NCBI GenBank assembly: GCA_976551045.1
Contig: CDPCPM010000054.1
Span: 14,880,001 to 14,944,000, forward strand
DNA from: Glaucostegus cemiculus
Taxonomy: Eukaryota
Length of the DNA stretch: 64,000 bases
Direction of reading: 5' to 3'
In this document: positions 47,661 to 60,940 of the stretch, piece by piece
How the letters are laid out: every line of letters starts with the position of its first letter
Position numbering within the stretch: position 1 is the first letter of the stretch
Program-made: the position numbers and the translations under genes
The notes under the pieces: generated by a model
Seen by the model: the letters and a program-made list of their open reading frames with translations, nothing else
Told to the model about the DNA's origin: nothing
Database searches by the model: none

Positions 47661-50600
47661 TGATTTTGACTTTGACTTTTTTTAATTACTTAAACATAAG
47701 TAAGCTTTAAAACAATGTATTAATTCTTCCTTTCAATTTCAATGGGCAGATTTCTCTACAGTGTATGCATTTAAGTGTCCAGGTAGACAATCGGTACAAT
47801 AGGCAACACAGAAGGGAGCAATCTAAATGTCAAAGGGTGATACAAATGTCAGTGAACATGTGCCTTGTAGCTTTGGAATCAGTACACATTTGTGTTGGTC
47901 CCCAGAGACCTACAAATGTTTCCTCTTCATTCTGTATATAATTTTCTTTTAATGTTCCCATTGAATCCATTTCCTCTGCCCTTTCAGGCACAGGTCCTTG
48001 ATCACAACAACTCACTGTGGACAAACAAACTTTTTCTTTTCTGTGTTTTTTTGCCCATTGCTTGAAACCCGTATCCTCTGATTAGCAAACTTCCTACCAC
48101 CTGGATGGAAGCAGCTTCTCCCTGGCTACTCTTTCAAAGCAATTCTTACAGCAACTATGACTAGCAACACACAACAGTCACCTCATCATAAATGTTATAA
48201 AGGATTCCAGGCTCTCTTGTGCTGTTAATTTAACAAGAAAATGTCTTCCAGAAACAGATTGCCTGAATGGAGAACTCTCTTTCATTGATTCTTTCTCTTT
48301 AAAAGGCTGCACAAAGCTGATTAAAGAAGAGTGTGACAAACTTACAGAATTAAACTTGTCATAAAGTGACACAACATAGAATGAGGTTATTCCGCACATC
48401 ATGCCTGTACTGGCAGTTTGAGAGAACTCTCCAATTAGTCTCTCTCTCTCCCTCTACTGCCCCCCCCCCCTCTCTTTTCCCAGAGCCTTGTAACATTTTC
48501 CCCTTCAAATTCTTGTCTAATTCTTTTCTGAAAATTCTGTGTGAAGTCTGCTTTTAGGCAGCTCAGTCCAGATCATACACACTGCAAAACAAAATTGTTT
48601 TTTCTCATTTCACCCCAATCCGCTTGCTAATTATCTTAAATCAGTATCTCTCTTGTTACTGAACCTCCTGCCAATAGAGCTGGTTTCACCTGAATGACTC
48701 TCTTAAATTCCTACATGATTTTGGATACCTCAATTAAATCTTCTTTCACCCTTTAGACTGTTTATACACTCCATAGCAGCTTCCACAAACCCTTAAATGA
48801 AACAGGAAAGAATAATTGCTTCGTTTCTATGACTGAATTATGGTCTTTGAATCAACAGTAATATAATGCCCTTAAAGTGGTCCTCAAAATGGTTCAATGG
48901 AGTATTTTTACACACTGAGCCAAATGAGATGTCAGAGCACTTGACCCAGAGCAAGGGCAGATAAAGGTTTCAAAATAAAATGTTGTTTGATCAGGAGCCA
49001 ACTGGGTCAGAAAGTACAGGTTTGAGTTATTTTATTATTTAATTGAGTGAAATGACAGTACGTGATGCAGTGGACAAAGAAGCCATTTGGCCCATCAGGA
49101 CTACATTAACTTTCAAAAGACCAATGGATTTAGTTGCTGCTCTTTCCCCACATCCCTGTCTTGTTGATGTTAGATACTCTTTCCAGGTCTGTTCTGACAG
49201 TCAACACTAGGGACTTTTTTTTTACATTGAAGCTCCCTTCATCCAAGGTTGTCATATCTGAGATGGTTGCTGTTCCGGATTACTGAACCTAAGCTGATGG
49301 CAGGATTTGACAGCACACGTCAATGCTCTCTCTGTGGTCTCCCATTTCAATTGGTGAACATCCTGTAACAAAGCCTAATAACAGCTTACAAAGGGAATTT
49401 AGCAAATAACATCTGCTGCTAAGAGCAAACACCAACACAATGAATGTCATTCTGTTTCTGAAACCGTAGAGAGATTAACTTCCTCCTGGGAGATAACATA
49501 CCATACCAAACACTGATTTTTCATAATGTGTCATGATATATCGATGTGAGCAAAAGAATAGGACCATGATATCAACCAACCAAGGGAGCATTACTCACTT
49601 ATCTTTGGACTGAGAGGACCTTACAGCACACAATGAGGCTATTCAGCCAATTAAGCCTATGATGAACCTTTGAAAGAGTGATCCAAATTAAACCCACACC
49701 CCAACTTTTTCTCCATAAGTCTGGAACTTCATCCTCCCCAATTTTATAACTAAATTTATTTTGAAATTTCCAAAAAAGACTGCTTCTACCAACCTTATAA
49801 AGAACATGTAGACTCAAGAGACTACAGATGCTGGAATCTGGAGCAATAAATGAACCACTGAAGGAACTCAGTGGGTCAGGCAGCGTCTGTGGAGGGAAAT
49901 GGACAGTCAACATTTTGGGTCTAGACCCTAATTCTGGATTGCCCACCTGGAAAATACAGATGAAAATGCATATAAAGAGCATCTTCCACAAACCCCCATG
50001 TGGAAAAAAAATTCTGCACAACCTCCCCTTGAGTTATTTGCCAATAATTTAAAATCCACGATTGGTGGACTTTCAAATGGGAAATGGATAGCAAACAAGG
50101 AGAAATAACTTTTGGGGTTGTGGGAAAAGAATGGGAATTGGGGCCTGGCTGGATTGTTCTGAAGAGATTTGGAAGGGACGATGGCCCAAATCCTTCCAAT
50201 TGCACAGTAACAATTCTGTGATTCATTGATCTTGACTCATTTAACAATGGAATCAGTTACTACCTACCTGCTCCAATCATAACCCTTCACTGTTTTTAAT
50301 ACCTCAGGTTAAATCTTGGCTCTGAGAAGACAATCCCAGCTTCTCCCATCTCCCCACACTGAACTCTTCTTCCTTATTAAGCTTCCTCTGTACTCTCTCC
50401 AAGGTGTTGGCACTTTTCCCAAGTGTAGTCCTCTGAAATGTGCACAATAATGGATATGGATAGGGATGATAGAAATCTATGATGCAGAATGACACTATTC
50501 AGCCAATCGTGTCTATTCCAGTTAAAATGGACTTTAGATTTATCTCATTTTTTGCTCCTGGTCCATAATCTGCAGGTTATGTCTCTCCAGATAACTTTCA

Positions 50601-52099
50601 ATTGTGTTGAGGGTCTTTGCCTCCACCATCCTTTCAGGCAGTGTGTTGCATAAATTCTTGAAATAATTTTATTGAATGAATTGGTTTTTCTCAATTCGCT
50701 TTTAAAGCTTTCACCAGTTAACTTAAATCTATGCTATCAAATTGTTGACCTCTCTATTAAGGGAAAATAAATCCTTACAATTTACACTGTTCAGACCTTT
50801 CTGAATTCTATAACCCCCCAATGAACTTACCCCTCAGTATGCTTTGTTCTTAAGAAAAAAATCCCAGCCTATCCGTAACAACATGTTTCCAACCCTGATA
50901 ATACATAAGTACATACATACATATGTGGAAATATACAGAGAAGCACACATACAGGGAGACAGACGTGCAGACAGACAGAGAGACAAACATGTTCATCAGT
51001 CCATGAAATGTACACCTTCCACACCTTCCATTAACTTCCACTTTCACTCGATTCTTCCAGATCTCTGCAAGACATAAGTAAGTTTGTTCTAAGTTCTGTT
51101 TTCTCTAAATGTCCAAACCCTCTCAGTAACATTAACTGGGAAATCCTGCTGTATAAATCAAACTTTTGGCTCAGCAAGTGTGACGAGACTATAACAGGAG
51201 TCTTTGACAGCTATAAAATTCTGAGAGCTCTGAAATTTATTTTCTTCTGCCATTGTCATAAAAATGATTTACATTCATAATACTTCTAAGAAAAAACTGT
51301 TTTTCCCACATTAGGAGAGTAACTACACGTTAGTGGTCATAAAGTGCTTTGGGACAGAAGTCGTGAAGTTCTATAAATGCAAATCTTACTTTCCTTTCAC
51401 TGGTGATGTGTCATGTCTCAAAAACCATTAAGAGGACAAGGGCTTACATCTCTAAAGTCAGATACCTTCCTAACTTTCCCTCAGGCAAAGAGAGGCTCAA
51501 AAGATTCAATATTCTTTGAGTGTACTCTGTCTGCCAATTTCTTTCTTTTCTTTCTTTAATGAGAAAGTTTTTTTTGCAACTATCTAAGGTTGCCGTGAAT
51601 GCTGAGAATTTATACCTCAATCAGTATTATAAGGCAGATCACCTGGTTACTATCACAACATTATACTGTATGAGGGATATTTTATCCCTCCTTTTTCAAC
51701 ATTGCACTTCTAAAGTCCATTGACATTTTGGGTTGGCTTGAAATTGTAAAAGATGCTGCATAAATACAAGTTCTTTATATCATTGTATGTCAAAATCAGA
51801 ATGTTGTGTCTGCGTTTGCATGTGTGTAGGCTAGGTTCCCATGCCTGGCTAAGAAAGACCTATCCATTAGAGAGGATAATGACAAAGGAATATAAGCTTA
51901 CGATTAAGGTAATTCAGAGAAGGATTAAATAGCAGCTGAGGAAAAAAAATGACCCAGAAAGATGGTTGGGTTCTGGCAATCATTAACTGGAAGGGGATGG
52001 CAGTGAAGATATCAATCCTCATCACATTTAGAAAGTATCCTAGGAGTTGTAACCTACAAGGCTACATACTGAGAGATGGGAGGTTGGCTTGGTTTCAGA

Positions 52100-52435
52100 G
52101 GACTAAGGTGCAGTGGTGACATGGCAAGTAAGTTATCAGTCTAGTAGATCCAGAGACAACCCCACTATAGCAGCGGTGGAATATAAATTCAGTTAATAAT
52201 AAAAAAAATAACTAATTATTAATAATATTGGATTCTTATAAATACCCATCTGGTTCCCTAATTTTCTTTCAGACAGAACATTTGCCATCTTTACTCAATC
52301 TGTCCCATATGTGACTCGAGGCCCAGAGAAATGTGGTTGACTCTGAAAGATCCTAACAAGCTACTCGCAGGCAATTAGATATGGACAATAAAGTCTGCCA
52401 TTGCTAGTGATACCAGATCCTGAAAAATGAAAAAA
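52100..52435 (+). mobile_element. tRNA-derived SINE (same family as 10370-10695)
   Basis: ggtgcagtgg...agtagatccagag...aaattcagttaat...ggcaattagatatggacaataaag. Confidence 0.55.
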
Positions 52436-54229
52436 AATCTCTTTTGAAAGGTATGGATAAAATGGAGTGAATGGCATATACTTCTATGATTCTCCACACT
52501 TGCTACCTTTGGTTGTCTTGGTCGAGGGATGGGGCTGTGCTGTTGGAGAAGTCTAGGCAAAGTTTAAGGACCCAAGATAAAGGCAGTATTATGAATGACT
52601 GATGGAAATGACCGATAGTGGCAGTGTGGGCAGAAGAGACTTAGGACTGCAGAAACAGAGTCCTTCCCATCAAATCCAATCAATGCATTGAGGAAGATGC
52701 AGGAGAGGGAAGACAGAAAGGAAAAGCCTGACTGCAAAGAGCAATTTGTTGGTCAGTGTCCAAGTGAAAAATTAGCGCTCGTATCCTTGAAATGCCAGGG
52801 GCAGGCCTGTGCTTCAATAACAATATTTGTCACGAGGTACACTCATTAGAGAGTAAAGTGATTCACTTTGAATATGCACCAAGAGCCAACCCTCAAGTGG
52901 CTCAGGACATTGTAGATTGGCCAGCCTTCTCAGAAGTGATGTTAATGGATCAACTGCTTTGCTAAAGGCACTTGTCTCCACAAGAGAGAAACCATGATTA
53001 AATATTGATGAGCAAATAAAGAAGGGATTTTTTTTTTTACAGACCTTCCAAGCCCCCCTCTTTCTGATATTCCATGCCATGGATCTAGCTGCTTTGTCAT
53101 GCCATTTACTTTAACGCAATCCCTGACCTTTACATTTGTTAATTGAAATATAATCTTTTGAGTGGCACACTGTAATGGAGAGGCACTGAACCAGTGTAGA
53201 ACACTTTTCTAAGAAGGTCTGTAGACAGCTTAGTTTGAGGAGACTTAAACTTCATGGATACTATAAATCTTTCATAAGGAATGCAGGGAACATTAATGAC
53301 TGAACTCCGACCTCTGATCTGATTGACCAGTAACCTCTGGCACCTGATCAACTATCCAACAAATCTCAGTCTTTCAATCATCTGCCTTCCTCTCCCACTG
53401 TGGCCCTCTACACTGATTATCCCATGAAGTTCTTTACTTAAGGCTGGTTGTTAACCTAAACTGCCGGTCCTCGTACATAAATAAACTTCCACGCTAACAC
53501 TATTAGAAGGCCTAAATACAGAATTATTTGGATTAATTTAAGCCCAAAATTGCAGGGGAAATCTTCTGCCCTGTTGCCAGTGCTAAAGCACAAGTGTCTC
53601 CATGGGAGCCCCAGTTTCCAGTGCTGGCTTTGGCCTGAGGTGATGATGACATCTTCAGCCCTGCAACTGCCAGTTGGGATGGTCCCTCCCTGTTCTGGTG
53701 GATTCTTTGTGGTAGTCTGGAACTATGCGATCTTCCATGGGCTTCCCATCTTGAAGCTGGGAAACTTGCCTCTGAGTCTGGGATGTTTATTTTCATAAAT
53801 AATCTTTATTCATAATAAAAATATATATTCAAGTTTAAAAGATAAATTCAGTGCATGGCTCTTTACATTTGTGGTGTCATTAAATTTACAAATTCACAAC
53901 GTCATAGGTTCTGTACATTAGTTGTGTTAGCACATCTTTTGTACATAACACCATCATCATTCATGTGGTCCCCTGGGGTGAATCTCCCTACTCAACAACA
54001 CTGTGGGAGTACACTCACTCTGTCTATCTCTGGATGGTCACGATTTCAGTGTCCCTGAGATCCCTGAGGCTGTTGTCCCCTCACCAGATGAGTGAGATGA
54101 GGTCTGGTATTTACACCATAAGTACTTCCCTGTCATGTTTTTGTATCTCAGTGGGTATTTTGCCTCTGCCTAGAGGCCCTGTTGTCTTTCAGCTGTTCAA
54201 TGGGCTTTCAACCTCTTGCTGAGCAGGAG

Positions 54230-54700
54230 TTTTTAATCTATCTTTTCAACATTTGGGCATCTTTGGCAAGACCAGCGTTTATTGCCCATTCCTAATTGTG
54301 AGCATTTATTTCCCATCCTGAATTGCCCCCGAGAAGGTGGTGCTGGTGCATGTGAATGATTGTGCTCCCATGGTGCTGTTGGGTAGGGAGATCCAGGATG
54401 TAGATCCAGTGACTTTGTGGGACTGGGGATATAGCTCCAGGTCAGAATCATGTCTGACTTGGAGGGGAAGCTGTGGGTGGTGGAGGTCCCATGGTCCACC
54501 TATCCTTGGTGGTGGGGAACTAGGGGGAGCCTGGACAAGTAACTGCAGTGCACTTTGTAGATGGTGCACCCTGCAGCCACTGTGGCTGAGGGAATGAATG
54601 TTTAGGGGGGTGGACAGGATGCCAAACAAGCGGGCCACTCACTCCTGGATGGTGTTGAGCTCCTTGAGAGTTATTGGAGTTGCATTCATCCAGGCAAGAT
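54230..54700 (-). mobile_element. Older CR1-group LINE 3' region (distinct from the young CR1s)
   Basis: ARLFGILSTPLNIHSL; tail gggcaattcaggatgggaaataaatgc; homologous to 59700-60290. Confidence 0.7.
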
Positions 54701-54729
54701 TTGGAACAATATGTTACCCCTTTTTTTCC

Positions 54730-55300
54730 AAAAGGTATTGGAATTTATGGGCATTACACGAAGCCTTGGTGAGAAGTGCAGTTTTGCTCTCCTCACTTGA
54801 GAACGGATATAACCATCTTAGAGGAAATGCAACAAAAGTTCTACAGATTGGTTCCTGGGATAGGTGGATGGTCTCACTGGGAGCATTTGAGTGGACTAGA
54901 CCTATATTTCTTCAACCCCTTACTTAGTATCACATGGGAGTACCTTCACTACACAGACCTTCTGAAGGGCAACTAGACATGGGTAATAAAATACCCACAA
55001 CCCATGAGTGGATAAACACAATCCCAAGAGTTTAGAAAAATGAGATACAATCTCACTGAAGCATATAAAATTCTTAAGGTGCTTCTCAGTGTAAACACTG
55101 CAAAGTTGTTTTCCTTTTTGGAGTAGAGAGATTGCAGAACTAAGATTCATAGTTTCAGGATAAGGGATGAGGAATTTAGGAATGAGATAAGAATTTACTT
55201 CTGTCAAAGATTGTAGATCTCTCTGATTCTCTGGATATTCCATAGCTGAGCATATTCAAGGCAGTGATTGGATAATTTCAGGATACTAAAGCAATCTATG
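54730..55300 (+). mobile_element. Old CR1 3' region
   Basis: QFCSPHLRTDITILEEMQQKFYRLVPG. Confidence 0.7.
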
Positions 55301-55309
55301 CCTCTTGGA

Positions 55310-55640
55310 ATAGCACAGGGCCCCACAGCTCCAGTGACCTTAGGTTCAATCCTGGCCTGGGGTGTTGTATGTGTGGAGTTTGCACGTGCTCCCTGTGTCC
55401 ATGTGAGTTTCCCTCAGGTGCTCTAGTTTCCTCCCACCTCCCAAAGGCTGGTTACGAAGTTAACGAGCTAAAGTTAACTACCCCTAGGATGATCAGGGTA
55501 GAGATCTGGGCATGTGAGAGGCATTAGGTTTCAAGGAAGTAAGTGGGGGAATGGGACAATCAGGAATGCTCTGGAAAGCCAGCATGGACTCAGTGGGTCA
55601 AATTACCCCCTTCTTTGTTGTCAGAAAATGTGAAAGATAT
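55310..55640 (+). mobile_element. HE1-like V-SINE
   Basis: ggttcaatcctgg...gtgtggagtttgcacgtgctccctgtg...gtgctctagtttcctcccac. Confidence 0.75.
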
Positions 55641-55799
55641 GAGAAATAATCTGGAATTGTTTTGATCTCAGAAGTTAGCAGACAGAGGGCTGTTAATTAC
55701 TTGGATCAGAGACTGCACGGGAATACCAGATGCAGTAGACTATACATTGAGCAAAGATGGATGCTGCCTGTTCACTCTGCCTGAGTATCACATATGATA

Positions 55800-56090
55800 A
55801 AGTAAAACTTGAGTTTAATGTCATATGCACATGTGCATGTATGCACAGGTGCAATTAGAAACTTACTTAGAGCAGCATCACAGACACATAACATCAGGGA
55901 AACAACATTCACAAGAAAAACATATGTCAAACATAAATTATTCAAAATTATACAAGAAAGGACACAAGGAAGTAGCTGTTCTTGAACCTGGTGGTGTGGG
56001 ACTTCACATTTCTGTACCTCCTGCCCAATGGTAGCTGTGTGAAGATGGGGATCTTTGATGATAGATGCTGCCTTCTTGAGGCCCCCATGC
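55800..56090 (-). mobile_element. Rex1/Babar-like 3' end, different subfamily
   Basis: gtagctgttcttgaacctggtggtgtgggacttc...tgtacctcctgcccaatgg (reverse encodes LPLGRRYR...TTRFKNSY). Confidence 0.7.
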
Positions 56091-56999
56091 AGCAGCTAAG
56101 ATGCCCCAGTAGTTGCAAGAAAGAAGTGAAGATGATCAATGAATATCTGGCTGATACAAGTGGTAGAAGATCTACCACTGAATGGTTGTGATAGGCCAGA
56201 GGGGCTGAATGTCCTCCTGCTCAACTATTACATCCTAACATTAATAAAATGCAATTTTAGACCCTGGAATTGCTCCTTTAATTAAAAAGTAGGAATGTTA
56301 GTATTTTTTAACCTTTGCTGATTCACCGTTGAAATAATGGAGTGTACAGGATAAAAATGGACAATTTTTGCAGTCACTTTTATCTGCAGATTTGTGTTCA
56401 GGGAGAATAGGCACTCTGTAGTTTTATTGGAAGAGGAATATTTTTAACATGTACAGTATAATCCAGCAATATTTTAAATTACAAGTTAGTAAGAAACAAG
56501 ATGATGGGCTCTTTCCTATTAGATAAATGCTCTTGGACCAATAAAAATATGTTGATGAGACCTCCTGCTATTAACATGCAAATAGTCTACTGACTGCAGG
56601 GGTTAGGTGGTACGTCATGAGTTATGAACCTCCACATTCTCCTGGTCATTTACGTCACCCCACCAACTGCTTGACAATAAGGCAACTTGCCCTTAAGGCC
56701 ACCCATTATTTCCAACAACTTGCTGGTTTTGCCCATAATTGCCATTTAACTTGCCATTAGCAAGTTACGGTTGGAATTGAACAATATATGGGCTTTCCTA
56801 ATGTTATTCAGTCTTGAATAAATGAAGTAATTTAGCCTGTTCAACTTCATTCCTTCAGTAGTCAATTCTGCTTAGGGAGTACAAAAGGCAGATATAATGT
56901 TTTCTTCAAATTTTGTTACCTTTCCTGTCATTTTTCCATCAGTCTAATCTTTCTTTTCCTGTTCTTAGTTGTCTTTTTCTACCTGATTTGCCCAATGTT

Positions 57000-57335
57000 G
57001 GGCAGCACAGTGATGCAGCTAGTAGAGCTGCTGCCTCACAGCGTCAGAGACCCAGGTTCAGTCCCGACCTTGGGCTCCGTCTATGTAGAGTTTGCATTTT
57101 GTGGGTTTCCTCTGGGTGTTCCATTTCCTCCCACATCCCAATGACATGTGAGCTGGTGGTTAATTGGCCACAGTAAATTGTGCCCAGTGTGTAGGTGAGT
57201 GGTAGAATCTGGGAAGAGTTGATGAGAATGTGGGGAAAATAAAAAATGGGATTAATGACGGATTAGTATAAATGGATCGTTGATGGTTGGCATGAACTTG
57301 ATGGCTGAATGGCCTTTTCCTGTGCTATATGCTCA
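57000..57335 (+). mobile_element. Near full-length HE1-like V-SINE
   Basis: gggcagcacagtgatgcagctagtagagctgctgcctcacagc head, V-domain and CR1-like tail ggctgaatggccttttcctgtgctat. Confidence 0.85.
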
Positions 57336-57867
57336 ATTTCCTTCTCTGTTATTTCTGTTTTTCATCACTCTCTTAATCAGATTGGTTGTGGAGATGGCTG
57401 GTCCCTTCATTCTCTGAGATCCCAATGCCCCAGTGACCTTGTGACACTCTGATCTCTGGCATCATCAGACAGTTACAGAGAAGGTTATTTGTGAGCTAAA
57501 AAAGGTGAGATAAATGGACAGTCTCACTGGATGCACATTTTAGCAAGGCTGGCCCCATATATCCTGCATCCAAATATGGACATTTGGGAGATTTTCCACT
57601 TCTGACCACTGACAACAGCCAAAGGAATGAAGGAAAGAATCTCTTGCATTTTTATGGAATCTTTCACAGCCACAGAATGTCCCTGAGCATCGTATAGCCA
57701 ATGGAGTTACAATGTATGAAATATAGCCAGTTTGTTGACAGCAAGCTCCCATGAATAACATTGTCATAGTGACTGGCTGATCTAATTTAGTGATCTTAGT
57801 TGACGGATAATTATTGTCTCAGGGAAACTGAGACAACTCACCTTTTTATGTCCACCAATGAGGAAAG

Positions 57868-58190
57868 ATAGAACATAGAACACCTACAGCACAATTCAGG
57901 CCTTCGGCCCACAAAGCTGTGCCGAACATGTCCCTACACTAGAAACTACTAGGCTTACCCATAACCCTCTATCTTATTTTGCTCCATGTACCTATCCAAC
58001 AGTCTCTTGAAAGACCCTGTCATATCCGCCTCCACAACTCTTTCCGGCAGCCCATTCCACGCACTCACCACTCTCTGAGTAAAAGACTTTCCCCTGACAT
58101 CTCCTCTATATCTACTCCCCAGCACCTTAAACCTATGTCCTCTTGTGGCCACCATTTTAGCCCTGGGGAAAAGCCTCTGACTATCTACCC
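57868..58190 (-). mobile_element. Young CR1 3' end
   Basis: VDSQRLFPRAKMVATRGHRFKV...FTQRVVSAWNGLP; atagaacatagaac tail. Confidence 0.9.
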
Positions 58191-58702
58191 GAAGACATTT
58201 GTTTTGCTTTGGGAAGATGGAAGGGTGCCAGACAAGCTGGGCATTGTTAGTGCAGACTGATTGGGCCAAAAAAACTTCCTTATATAAATTGTAATTATTT
58301 ATCAATCTTAGTATGCAGAGTTCAAATCCTTTACCAACCTAAAGATGGGGCCCTCAGTGTATTACTTCAGTGGAAAATAATGATTGCAACAATCCTGCAC
58401 TGGTGCCGCAGCCTAGACTTCTGTACTCAAGTCTCTGGCGTGGGATTTGAACCCACAACTGAGTGACTCAGATGCACAGATATGGACCCATTCCTGTGAG
58501 CAGCACTGGAATCTCTTGCTGCAGGAAAGACCAAGCCTCATTCAGTGAGGGGAGATCCTTCTTTGCACACAGCTATACTAAAGTCATTCTACAGGAGCAG
58601 AATTAGATTACGGATCTAATGTGGGCAATTGAGATTAGTGTACATGGGGGAAAATGGTCAGCATGGATGTGGTGGGCCAAAGGGCTGTTTTTGTGTTCTG
58701 TG

Positions 58703-58982
58703 TATTGGTATTGGTTTATTATTGTCACTTGTACCAAGGTACAGTGAAAAACTTGCCTTGCATACCGTTCGTACGAATCAATTCATTACAGCATGCAGAT
58801 GCATTGAGTTAGTACAGAGTGCATTGAGGTAGTACAGGGTAAAAACAATAACAGAGTACAGAGTAAAGTGTCACATCTACAGGGAAGTGCATTGCAGTTA
58901 GACAATAAGGTGCAAGGTCAAGCAGGTAGATTGTAAGGTCAAGAGTCCATCTCATCATATAAGGGAACCGTTCAATAATCTT
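58703..58982 (-). mobile_element. Rex1 3' tail nested in a CR1-type tail
   Basis: tattggtattggtttattattgtcacttgtacc; host text reads gggctgtttttgtgttctg | tatgactctat. Confidence 0.8.
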
Positions 58983-59699
58983 ATGACTCTATCTCTCACC
59001 ATAATCAGTGCGATAAGATTGAAAATCATTTGTCATCAGTCTATTATTGCCATTGCTGAGCCCACAGCAAATAATTCAAAGCTTTCCAGAAAGAAGTTCC
59101 TGTCACTAACTAGTGCCACCTGTGAGCCTCGTTCCTGACATACCAGCCATTAAACTGGCACTAATATCTAATTCTAGTTGATCAGCCTGCAAGACAGTTG
59201 ACAGGTACACAGCTTAAAAAAAATCACATTTTAAAACATTCAGTTTTACAATAAGGAGGTCACCTTGGCCTTGAAATATTCTCCAAGTTACAATAAGAAT
59301 GGAAGGCAACTTTCTACAAAATAATTTAATAAAGAAAAACAAAAAGGGATGCTGAGAATGATCTTGGTACTACTGAACCACTGTCACAATTTTGTGACCC
59401 ACTTTCCATTATATATGATTACATCCAGACTTATAATGGATAAAGAAAGCCAAGGCAATCTCAAGGGGCTAGACCTTGTGAGCTCATTACAGGGATTCTG
59501 TTTAGAACCACTGGCATTGTCGTTTAAGCAGCAGTAAGTCCATGATATCTGTATATGTGCTGTGAAACACAGAAGTTGCAGGCTTACTGACTGAGTACCG
59601 AATCCGACAGTTCATTCTGCCATTGGCTTCCATGTGCCAGGTTGCAACTGTCTCTCGATCTGAGACCCCATTGATTTTAATGGGATTCAAAGGAGTGTG

Positions 59700-60290
59700 G
59701 ATTTTTTAATATTCATTCAAAGGATGTGGGTTTTGCAGGCTGAGCCAGTGTTTAGTTGCCCATCCCTAGTTGCCCTTCAGAAAGTGGTGGTGAGCTGCCT
59801 TCTTGAACCGCTGCAATCCTTAAGGTGTGGGTATATCCACAATGCTGCTGGGGAGAGAGTTCCAGGTTTCTGGCCCAGTGACAGTGAAGGAACGGCAATA
59901 TATTTCCAAGTCGGTTAGTGTGTGGCTTGGAGAGCAACTTCCAGGTGGTGGTGTCCCCATGCTTTTTCTGCCCTTGTCCTTTCAGCTGGTACAGGTAGTG
60001 GGTTTGGAAGGTGCTGTGTGAGGAGTGTTGAGGTGTTGCTGCAGTGTACCCTGTAGATGATACAAACTGCTGCTACTGTGTATCAGTGATGGAGCGAGTG
60101 AGGAGGGAGTGTGTATCAGGAGGGCTGCTATGTCCTGTATTGGGTTGAGTTCCTTAAGTATTGTTGAAGCTGCACTCATCCCAGCAAGTGGATAGTGTTC
60201 CATCACACACCTGACTTGAGCCTTGTAGGTGGTGGACAAGGTTTGGGGAGTTTGGAGGTGAGAATTCCTCACCTCTAAACTGCTCTTGCA
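59700..60290 (-). mobile_element. Older CR1-group LINE 3' region
   Basis: ORF 59982-60272 LSTTYKAQVRCVMEHYPLAGMSAASTILKELNPIQDIAALLI. Confidence 0.75.
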
Positions 60291-60607
60291 AGGGAAAAGG
60301 AGAGAGAAAGTTCCATTTTACAAATTATTTCACTTTAGCTCATGCTTTTAAATATTTCTGAGCATACCTCGGTGTTTTAAATTAACTTTAGGACAAAGAT
60401 AAGAAATAGGAGCATCCTGCACCACAGGTTCCTGAATGTATTTAATTAATCCAGTTCAAAATTTCAAACTACTATTGTGGATTTGAACACTTGTCTTCCT
60501 ATCATTAGTCCAGGTCTCTAGGCTGCTATGACACCCCATTTTAGTTCTGTAGATTTTTTTTTAAATTTGAAAGTTTTAAAAATTATTTGCTTCAGTTTTA
60601 ATAGATT

Positions 60608-60940
60608 TTAGAGTCATAGGGTTATACAACACAAAGCACACCCTTTGGCTTACCAAGTCTTCACCCATTTGTACTATTCCTATGCTCATCCCATTTTATT
60701 CTCCATTCTACCACCCCAGATTCTACCTTTTGCCCACACACTTAGGACAATTTACAGTGGCCAACCTACCAACCTGCATGTCTTCCAGATGTGGGAGGAA
60801 ACCAGAGTACCCGGGGGAAACTTATGCAGCCACAGGGAAAGCGTGCAAACACTACACAGACAGCACCTGAGGGCAAGATTGAACCTGGATCGCTGGAGCT
60901 GTGAGGCAGCAGATCTACCAGCTGCGCCACTGTGCCATCC
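60608..60940 (-). mobile_element. HE1-like V-SINE
   Basis: gatgtgggaggaaaccagagtacccggggg...ctggagctgtgaggcagcag...gcgccactgtgccatccc. Confidence 0.85.
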
